Source: Gemmatales bacterium (lineage in GTDB: Bacteria; Planctomycetota; Planctomycetia; Gemmatales; HRBIN36). Taken from it: a DNA stretch of 64,000 nt. The notes beneath the pieces are model-generated. The model made no database searches. It saw only the letters and a list, made by a program, of their open reading frames with translations, and was not told where the DNA came from. Shown piece after piece: positions 10,910-18,762 of the stretch; positions within the stretch are counted from its first letter, which is position 1, and each line of letters begins with the position of its first letter. The DNA lies in the NCBI GenBank assembly GCA_041640595.1, contig JBEPZY010000004.1, positions 194,373 to 258,372 of the forward strand, written 5' to 3'. The position numbers and the translations under genes were made by a program.

Positions 10910-11675
10910 ACTTTTTAGGCGGCTTCATTTCTTCGGGGGCGTATAACACGTGGGAAACACGGACTCCGGGATTAAGGGGCGGAAACAAGCCCACCATCTG
11001 TCATGTCCGCGAATTAACGAAATAAAAATTCGAAGTCGTGATTCTAAATGGGCTTCCTTCCGTTCGGCTGTCCCAACAACCCTCGCTCACCAACCAGATC
11101 AAATCTCCGGCCTTTCCTAAACCCGGTGTGTCGCGTCCCAGCATGAATATAGCCTCTATCCTTGGAATGTAAAGTCTCAGCCTCACTTCCTCCCTGATTA
11201 CTTCCGGTGGAAGTCCGGGCAGCTCTTTCAGGAGGCGTTTTTCCAAGGCGATTGGCGGATTGGCGTCGTGCGCTTCCGGAACAAAAAAATTGTCCAGCTG
11301 GCATTCCCCGGGCAGCATAAGCTTGACAGAGTTGATATGGCAGAGCTTGTTCTCCTTCTGGAACTTCGTAAACCACTCGTGATCATCTTAGCGCTCGAAT
11401 AGATGATCCGTGCAGTTGAGGAAACGGATGACGCCGGCGTCTTCGCGGGCGCGATGGTATAGATATTCCCAAGTGGATCGGCCTGCCTGTGTATTGTTAG
11501 CGCGCGCACGAGCCAAGATCTGGTCTTTATAAAACGTTAGTACATCGGTCAGTGGAATCGGAAAACGGTTAAATCGCTCAGGCTCCTGAGCAATCGAGTA
11601 ATACGTCAGGGCTGTTCCAGCCAAGAAGGCTACTAGGTGACTGAGGCAATACAGGGCATAGCGGCGCATCATCAT
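10910..11675 (-). pseudogene. Secreted paralogue of 9475-10824, interrupted by two in-frame stops
   Basis: ORFs 11388-11675 and 11001-11318 share a frame; motif GKAGDLIWLV..FVNSRT*QMV matches WINARTGDV of the neighbour. Confidence 0.7.
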
Positions 11676-11791
11676 TGTTCCTCCTTATTGCAGAATCAAT
11701 ACAGTTTAGGCGTGCACATCCCGATCTTGTTCCCGCTCAAATGTGGCCTTGCCAGTAGAATCCGCGCAGGTAAATTATCTTGTGTGTGTCT

Positions 11792-12574
11792 TTATTCTCC
11801 TTTCCTAATAAGCTTCTCTAAACGCCAATCCTTCGAGTTCTTGCCAGAGGTAGAAAGTTCAATGACGTAGGGGCCGCACCCTGCAACAAGCGTCCATTTT
11901 TCGTCCTTGAAGTGCAGCGCGACGATTCTGATGTCCTTTGTGAGCAATTGCCTAGCGGCCTCACGACCTAGAGCTTCTGTCAATTTTTCCTTTAAAGGTA
12001 CCTGATGGTCAGGGATAGTAGTAAAGTTTTTCCATTCGGATAACCTATAGTGTACGCCCAGCTTGTCGTACGAGGCTGGTCGAGGTGGCAGGGGATCCAT
12101 GTGCGACTGATTAAGGTTAATGCTATAAAACGCTAAACAGGGTTTTTCTTCTCCTGGCAATGCGAAAACAAGCTCAAACAACCCTTCGTTAGACAGGCTA
12201 GCTTGAAACCCATAAGGGGCCTTCTTTGGTTCTGTGAAGTCTCTATCGCCAAACCTGGCTGTCCAATTAACTGACCGCACTCTGCTTTTGGAGTCCCGCA
12301 ACTGATCTAGTATTTCGACGTATAGCCTGATCCAGACATCTTTATAAGAGACGTTCGGGGGCGCCCCAAAGTCGTGCTCGACACGAATTTTCTCCCAGCC
12401 AACTTCGGCCACTTGATGCGCAGCTATGCGCACGCTCAAGACCTTGTGTGGGCCATCCTGATTGGCTTGCGTTGACACGGCATTATTCGAAGTGAGCAGC
12501 AGGACAGTTCCAAATAAGGACAAATATGCCTTTATTGGGTTCATGGAATTCACCCTCACGTTAGTGGAAATCAT
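11792..12574 (-). CDS. Secreted protein, candidate immunity protein for the upstream transglutaminase-like toxin
   Basis: 260-aa ORF with a signal-peptide-like N-terminus (start may be 12544), immediately downstream of the toxin end. Confidence 0.7.
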   Translation of the reverse strand: MISTNVRVNSMNPIKAYLSLFGTVLLLTSNNAVSTQANQDGPHKVLSVRIAAHQVAEVGWEKIRVEHDFGAPPNVSYKDVWIRLYVEILDQLRDSKSRVRSVNWTARFGDRDFTEPKKAPYGFQASLSNEGLFELVFALPGEEKPCLAFYSINLNQSHMDPLPPRPASYDKLGVHYRLSEWKNFTTIPDHQVPLKEKLTEALGREAARQLLTKDIRIVALHFKDEKWTLVAGCGPYVIELSTSGKNSKDWRLEKLIRKGE

Positions 12575-12610
12575 TTATCAGTTACTGCAGACTATCTAAG
12601 CAATCTACCA

Positions 12611-14786
12611 TTAGCCTACCTGCACGAAGACGATCTCTAAAATGGTCGGGTCATTTTTCTTAGCCCGCAATCCCGCTGGGAAAACGTATACGAAACCATC
12701 CAGAGCAGCGTTCTCCCACTCATTTTTCCGTGCTGTATGGTCCTCCGCCATAAGAAGGATCATAATAGGCATCTGCAACCCGCACGACGAAATGATTTGC
12801 AAAAGCGGAAGGTGGATCGGGATTGCCTTGTCCCGGTACCCCCGCTTTTGGCTTAACTTCGGAGACCGTCGGGTCATCCAAATCTATTATATATGTGTAG
12901 GGACTAGTCGCTGGAGAACCGCCTGCGCCGTTGAATTCCCAGTTCTTGACCAGCATACCTGTTCGCCACGGTAGGGCATATAGTCCGGTGACTGGGTCTA
13001 TGGGTTGGTCAGCACTAAATACCATGAATTTTCTAGCCCCCTGAACGCTTATGGCCCCGTAAGTATCTATCAGCAACTCGGCCCAGGAGCCGCACTGGCC
13101 GTTTGCGTGGGCTAAAAGTTGCTGTGTGTTGACCGCAGTGGCCCTGCCGCCAGCCCAGTACCTCAATTGAGTGTCATCCACACGACGGACTTCCCGATCA
13201 GTGAAATCACTCCAAATTGCTGAGATAACATCTGATTCGTTTGTTTTGCCGTCAGCGTTCTTCGAGCCCAGATGCACCAGGGTATGGTATAAGTTTACCC
13301 CTGGTTTGAGGGCAGGGTCGGCAAAAGTAAGGTACAAAGGATTTGGCGTCGACCCCGCCTTCGTCCAGGTTGAGTTGGCGCGCTGGCTGTCGGAGGTGGC
13401 TTGCCAGTCCAGCCTGAAGAGATTTGCACCAACGTAAGCTTGCACCACATTCGGAAATGCCACCGGCGACTCCGTTACGTCAAGCACGAGTTCAGTCGGG
13501 TTCGTCGGGTCGACGCGCACAGCCTTCGGCCCTACGTGAATCTGGAATCCCGTCGCAGGGTCCGCCGGCCCCGTCGCCATCACATAAATCGGGCCGCCAC
13601 CCCACGCAGTATCTAAGACGAACCGGGCACTCACTTTCAACGTTGTACCCCGGGTGTAAGCGTATGGCCAGCTATGCTCATCCGCATCCTCCGCATCCCC
13701 GTCTAAGTTTTTGTCCAACCAGTGTTCCGAACTATAGGCCACGTCGGGAGCTATTACTCCAGTCGGGTCCAGCTCCGGGTCCCGGTACACGGTATGCCCG
13801 CCGCTGAACGTTACCGACCGGATACCAAGGATTTTAGCCGTGTGAACAACGACCGTTTGCGTCGCCTCGGCAACCCCATCACTAACGGTGTACGTGAACG
13901 AGTCGTCCCCAGTGTGTGGAGCATCTGGCCGCTCGACTGCATAATAAACAAAATCACCGTTGGGATTCATCACCAGCTGAGCACCGGATGGTAGTCGCAT
14001 CAACTGCCGCGGTGGCTGATCGTTAATCTTGACCACGCGTAAGCTATCGCCATCGGCGTCAGTATCGTTCGCCAGGACGTTTCCCCGAACGGCACTCCCC
14101 GCCAGGACGTAATACTCGTCATTTACAGCCTCCGGAGCAGTGTTATGAACAGCAATCCAAGCCACAGCCATTTGTCGGAACTAGAGAATTCATTTGCCAA
14201 CCAGAGAGGAGCAGTGTTATGAACAGTGTCCAAGCCATAGCCACTGGGATTGTTAACAGTGAGTTTATTATACTGGTAGTGGAGCAGTGTTATGAACGGT
14301 GATCCAAGCCATAGCCAGGCCTAAAGCTATACCATCCGTAAACCCAAATACAAAAGCATCGGTGCCAGTATAACCAGCCGCCGGTGTATATCTAAACCTG
14401 CCATCATCATTCAATACCACCGTGCCATTCGTCGGAGCGGAGATTAGTTGCGCCGAGAAAACGCTGGGGCTTGAAAGCATTGGCACGGTGATAGCGTCGC
14501 CGTCCGGATCGTAGCCGCAGAGCTGGCCGACCAACTCGCGGTCGTGCAATACACTGAAACTCTGCATGGCGCCCAGCTGGGCAGACCTCCACCTATAGTA
14601 GCCGGTCGGTTTGTGATCATCCAATACGCTGAAGCTGGCATCGTAGGCATACGGCGCGTTGTTATAAACATCTATCACGACAGTGGCCGTGTTGCCGGTG
14701 GTCAGCCCATCCGACCAGGTGTAGGTGAAACTATCCGTACCGACGTAGTGCGTGTTCGGTGTATACGTGAAGCTGCCGTCGGGAAG
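12611..14786 (-). pseudogene. Orphan cassette: Big_9 stalk repeats plus transglutaminase/papain-like Cys-His-Asp toxin domain
   Basis: ORFs 14268-14678 and 12720-14171 are in the same frame; motifs GQCGSWA, FANHFVV and YYDPSYG; one extra A near 12723-12727 truncates the C-terminus (EWENAALDG continues in ORF 12611-12877); no start or signal peptide. Confidence 0.75.
14134..14317. repeat. CRISPR-like mini-array inside a coding sequence: three 36-37-nt repeats and two unique 37-nt spacers
   Basis: Repeats at 14134-14170, 14208-14243 and 14281-14317 (GGAGCAGTGTTATGAAC...CCAAGCCAYAGCCA); spacers at 14171-14207 and 14244-14280. Confidence 0.9.
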
Positions 14787-14832
14787 GGCACTTGGCTGTG
14801 AGCAAACAGCAGCTGCCCATCTTACGGGCAGC

Positions 14833-15828
14833 CTACGGAGTTTTCGGAGCTAAGTCGCCACTCGGTTTCAGAAGGTTTTCTACCAAAGGTTTGATCGCTG
14901 GATGGTTTTCTTTCTCCATTAGCTTCAGGAGTTCTGGAGTCATGTATAACTTCGGATGCTTTCGCACCTGTTCTACCAAATATCGCCTCACATACCACTG
15001 CGGACACGAATCCCATAGTCGTTGAAGGTCTTGCGCAACTCTCTTTTTGAGCACCTCAACATCTTTCTGCAAAGCTAAGCATCGATCCTCTGGCAGGTAC
15101 TTTCGCAACTCGGCCTCACTTCTCACCCAGGTCTGCTTAAGCTCTAAATTACGGACCTCGGAAGACACATACCCAAACAGCACCCTATGTCCTGGCGGTA
15201 CTTCTTCGTCTAGCCAAGAACTATAAACTTCGAAGAATAGTTGGACGGCCTGTACGGGCTTTTCCTCGAAAAGTCGGTCCAGGAATTCTTTCGGAGGCAA
15301 TTTTCCCTGACGCAAGTATGAGGCCAGCCATGTTTCTATCCCAGCAGGTCTAGATGGATATGGTCCAAAAGACTTATCAGGCAGGAATTCAAGTACATAT
15401 TCTAATGCGGACCTGCGGAGCTTGTCATCGTCGGAAGATTCTATCAGAGGCAATAATGCTCCTGTAAACCGGTCTCCCGCAACTTGGGTGACAATTGTGA
15501 TTAGCTTGTAAATTGCCATAAACTCGGGATGCGGCTGGTCGTCGGACGTCTGCTCGCCCAAGAACAGCAACTCTTTTAACAGTTCTTTAGCTGCTGCTGT
15601 CTGAGCAGCATCCGGCACAGGTTTCTGGAACAGCAGCAGCGCCTCATGGGCAACTAACCAGTGTTCCTTATCCGTTTTTGCCCTTTTTGCTTGGTGGATG
15701 ATCTGCCGCATCTTTTCGGCCGCTTGATGCTCTGCATTAGCCTCCTGAGCATCTGCGTTTAGTGTCACCAGCACTTGCAGCAGCACGAGCACTCGTGCGA
15801 AATTATTGACGACTCTGAGCATAGCCAA
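14833..15828 (-). CDS. Secreted helical candidate immunity protein (paralogue 3)
   Basis: Signal peptide; shares YLxxGxLPP, WYVRRYL and TPELxKLMxxExHPAIKPLVE with 16310-17263 and 17757-18743. Confidence 0.8.
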   Translation of the reverse strand: MAMLRVVNNFARVLVLLQVLVTLNADAQEANAEHQAAEKMRQIIHQAKRAKTDKEHWLVAHEALLLFQKPVPDAAQTAAAKELLKELLFLGEQTSDDQPHPEFMAIYKLITIVTQVAGDRFTGALLPLIESSDDDKLRRSALEYVLEFLPDKSFGPYPSRPAGIETWLASYLRQGKLPPKEFLDRLFEEKPVQAVQLFFEVYSSWLDEEVPPGHRVLFGYVSSEVRNLELKQTWVRSEAELRKYLPEDRCLALQKDVEVLKKRVAQDLQRLWDSCPQWYVRRYLVEQVRKHPKLYMTPELLKLMEKENHPAIKPLVENLLKPSGDLAPKTP

Positions 15829-15834
15829 TGCCTC

Positions 15835-16260
15835 CTACTTCCATGACCGAGCTTCCAGACGGGTGCGGATTCCCCTCCAAACCAGAATTTGGTTATCAAT
15901 ATTGTAATGGTCTATATCTGCGCTAACCAAGGTCATATCAATGTTCACTGTAGGACGGCCTCCAGGATCCAAGTCGGTAGCAAAGCCAACGGGGCCACCG
16001 TTTCTTTGGTAGTAGTTAACGTGGTATTCTGAAGGAGGACGCCTCCTTTCGGGGAAAGGTAAACGGCGATTGGACCAGGTCACAGCGTCAATGTAGGCTG
16101 TGAAATCGATAACAAAGGGCCCCTCTAGCTTTTGCTCGTCGCGCAATTTCTTGAGCTGTGTGGTAAACTCATAGGTCATGGCTCCGCCGGAACTATAGCC
16201 CATGGCAGCTATATACTTGACACCCCGCGAGCCAACTATGGCACCTTTGAGGTTTACCAT
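15835..16260 (-). CDS. Orphan C-terminal half of an alpha/beta-hydrolase toxin
   Basis: MGYSSGG nucleophile elbow, AYIDA and DHYNID; homologous to the C-terminus of 18763-21504. Confidence 0.7.
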   Translation of the reverse strand: MVNLKGAIVGSRGVKYIAAMGYSSGGAMTYEFTTQLKKLRDEQKLEGPFVIDFTAYIDAVTWSNRRLPFPERRRPPSEYHVNYYQRNGGPVGFATDLDPGGRPTVNIDMTLVSADIDHYNIDNQILVWRGIRTRLEARSWK

Positions 16261-16474
16261 GTGTTAGCGCAGCATTAGGTAGTCGCAACAGCTGTCGAGC
16301 TCTCACACTCTAACCTGACGGGAAAAAGCGGGCATAAACTTCCTCGAGCTCTTCCACGAGCGGCTTGATCGCCGGATGCTTTTCCTGACGCATCAACTTC
16401 ATTAACTCGGGAGTCAGAAAAATGTTCGGATACTTCCGCACATAATGAACCAGATACCGTCGCACATACCATTC
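16163..16474. repeat. ~310-bp direct repeat, copy A (immunity 3' end, intergenic region and 5' end of the hydrolase fragment)
   Basis: Near-identical to 17610-17921, offset 1447 nt. Confidence 0.9.
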
Positions 16475-17263
16475 CGAGCAAGCTTCCCAGCTGTCTGTCA
16501 GCATTCGTCGTACACGTAGTTTCTCTGATTCGAAAAGCCTCCGAAGCTCCTTCGCCACTGCCTCTGTCTTATATTCAGAATCATGGACGTACCAAAACAA
16601 TTCGACCGCGTTCCTGACTGAATACGTAGCAAGACTCAGATAGTCCTTACTCTTCTCAGACAGTTGAGTACCACAGTACCGTTCGTTTATTTGCCACAAT
16701 TTGCGCAAAGCCATTTCCGGATCCTTTTCGAACATTTTATCTAACAAGCCTTTTGGCGGCAGCTCTCCTTTCTTCAAGTATTGACCAATCCACGAATCTA
16801 TCCGATGATCCTCACCGGAAGCGTAGTAGTCTATTATATGACTCCTGGCGGATTCCACCACCTTATCGCTGCGGGGCCCCTCTAACATTGGTAAAAGCGA
16901 GACAACAAAATTCCTTCGCGCTGGTGGAACCATCTCTATCACTGTGTGCACGGTTATTACCGCATCCAGGCGGGGGTCGGGCTTGTCATCGGTCGTTTTT
17001 TCCATAGCATCCACTAACTCTTCTATAAGTGCACTTGCTGCTGGAACATCTGTCTTCTGCTCGAACATCGAAACTGCCTGCACTATCAAAAGCCATCTTT
17101 TCTCAGGAGCCTTGGTGTTCTGCAGTTCACGAAGCAGCGCGCGAATCCTAACCGCGGAGTCCTGATCCACATTCTGCTGCTGAGCAGTGCCCTGTAGAAA
17201 GAGCGCTGTCACAATTGCCGCTGATGCTAACAAGGCAAGTTTGTATCTGATAGTCATGGTCAT
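16310..17263 (-). CDS. Secreted helical candidate immunity protein (paralogue 2)
   Basis: Signal peptide, AGGAGA RBS overlapping the upstream stop; C-terminus almost identical to paralogue 1. Confidence 0.8.
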   Translation of the reverse strand: MTMTIRYKLALLASAAIVTALFLQGTAQQQNVDQDSAVRIRALLRELQNTKAPEKRWLLIVQAVSMFEQKTDVPAASALIEELVDAMEKTTDDKPDPRLDAVITVHTVIEMVPPARRNFVVSLLPMLEGPRSDKVVESARSHIIDYYASGEDHRIDSWIGQYLKKGELPPKGLLDKMFEKDPEMALRKLWQINERYCGTQLSEKSKDYLSLATYSVRNAVELFWYVHDSEYKTEAVAKELRRLFESEKLRVRRMLTDSWEACSEWYVRRYLVHYVRKYPNIFLTPELMKLMRQEKHPAIKPLVEELEEVYARFFPSG

Positions 17264-17269
17264 TTCTCC

Positions 17270-17722
17270 TTATTTCCAGCCCCAGCTCTCCAGCGCTTCA
17301 CGTATTCTCCTCTGCACGTCCGCTTGATTATCAATGCTGTAATGGTCTACCGGTGGGTCCAGACGAATGTTAATCGTCGTGCGAATGGGAGCCCCGACTG
17401 CTGCGGTTGCCTCTCCGTTCAGGGGTATAGAACCTGTCGAGAACCCAGTATTTTGTTGATAATGGTTTATGTGATAAGTGGTTGGTGGCCTCTTTGTTTC
17501 TGCCGAAGTCTTGCCCTCAGTGGACCACTTTATGGCGTCAATGTAGGCACTAAGGCTCAATTGTGCCCAGTTAACTTGACTTTTGCTAATGCGGTCGAAC
17601 AGTTCCGTCGTAAACTCATAGGTCATGGCGCCGCCGGAACTATAGCCCATGGCAGCTACATACTTGACACCCCGCGGCCCAATTATGGCACCTTTGAGGT
17701 TTACCATGTGTAAGCCCAGCAT
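17270..17722 (-). CDS. Orphan C-terminal half of an alpha/beta-hydrolase toxin
   Basis: MGYSSGG, AYIDA and DHYSID, ending WGWK like the EQGWK end of 18763-21504. Confidence 0.7.
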   Translation of the reverse strand: MLGLHMVNLKGAIIGPRGVKYVAAMGYSSGGAMTYEFTTELFDRISKSQVNWAQLSLSAYIDAIKWSTEGKTSAETKRPPTTYHINHYQQNTGFSTGSIPLNGEATAAVGAPIRTTINIRLDPPVDHYSIDNQADVQRRIREALESWGWK

Positions 17723-17921
17723 TAGGTAGTCGCAACAGCTGTCGAGCTCTCACACCCTAACCTGACGGGAAAAAGCGGGCATAAATTTCCTCGAGCTCTT
17801 CCACGAGCGGTTTAATCGCCGGATGCTTTTCCTGACGCATCAACTTCATTAACTCGGGAGTCAGAAAAATGTTCGGATATTCCCTCACATAATGCAAGAG
17901 ATGCCGGCGCTCATACCATTC
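17610..17921. repeat. ~310-bp direct repeat, copy B
   Basis: Near-identical to 16163-16474. Confidence 0.9.
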
Positions 17922-18743
17922 CTGGAATGAGGCCCAAGCCCGCACTAGCAAGGCACGGGCCTGTTTCTTATCACTCTCGCACCACGTCTTGACCTCTGCA
18001 ATGAAAGCCCGATCCCTTATATTGCCCTCCAAGCCATCCGCTTTTATCTGACGCAGTAAGCTATCAGCTGCAATAGCCTTTCTGATAGAGTGAAAAGTTG
18101 CATCTTTCAAGAATTCTCTTGCCGGGTCGGTCGCACGATTAGGTGTGTAATGGATCTCCTTGAGCATTATCGAAGCCTCCCCGGGACTCCGCTCAAATAG
18201 TTTGTCTAAAAATCTCCCCGGCGGCAACTGGTCCTTTTTCAAATAAGTAGCTACCCAGTCTCTTATGCGGCGATCCCCGGTATCACAATAATATTCAACC
18301 ACAAGATTGACATAGTCATTCGCCGTTTGCTGATCGGAATCCATCAAGGGTAGCAGGGAAACCATGAAATTGCCGTATTCAAATGGCATGTAGTAGAAAA
18401 GATACCGGATCAAAACCAAAGGCGCAGCGCACATTTTCGAAGGGTCTGCTTCGAGGTCCTCTAACTTTGGACATGCGTTTAATAGCGCCAAAGCTGCCTG
18501 TGGGTCCGGCCCTTTGAAAATCTCTCTTAAACCTGGCATCGCTATGACCAGCTTTTCCTCAAACTTTAGGTCTTTGCCTGTGGTCTGTTCGAACCGCATG
18601 ATTAGCTGGCGGACTTTTTCGGCCGACTCATCAGCAGGTTCAGCCTTTTGAGCAAAAGTAAGCGTCGAGATGACCGCCACTATTAGCCCTCCGATCACCG
18701 CCGAAACGCACACCGTAATTACTGCGCGATCCACTACGTTCAT
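17757..18743 (-). CDS. Secreted helical candidate immunity protein (paralogue 1)
   Basis: GGAGGT RBS, hydrophobic N-terminus, directly downstream of the hydrolase toxin. Confidence 0.8.
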   Translation of the reverse strand: MNVVDRAVITVCVSAVIGGLIVAVISTLTFAQKAEPADESAEKVRQLIMRFEQTTGKDLKFEEKLVIAMPGLREIFKGPDPQAALALLNACPKLEDLEADPSKMCAAPLVLIRYLFYYMPFEYGNFMVSLLPLMDSDQQTANDYVNLVVEYYCDTGDRRIRDWVATYLKKDQLPPGRFLDKLFERSPGEASIMLKEIHYTPNRATDPAREFLKDATFHSIRKAIAADSLLRQIKADGLEGNIRDRAFIAEVKTWCESDKKQARALLVRAWASFQEWYERRHLLHYVREYPNIFLTPELMKLMRQEKHPAIKPLVEELEEIYARFFPSG

Positions 18744-18762
18744 GGCATACCTCCCTTCCTCG

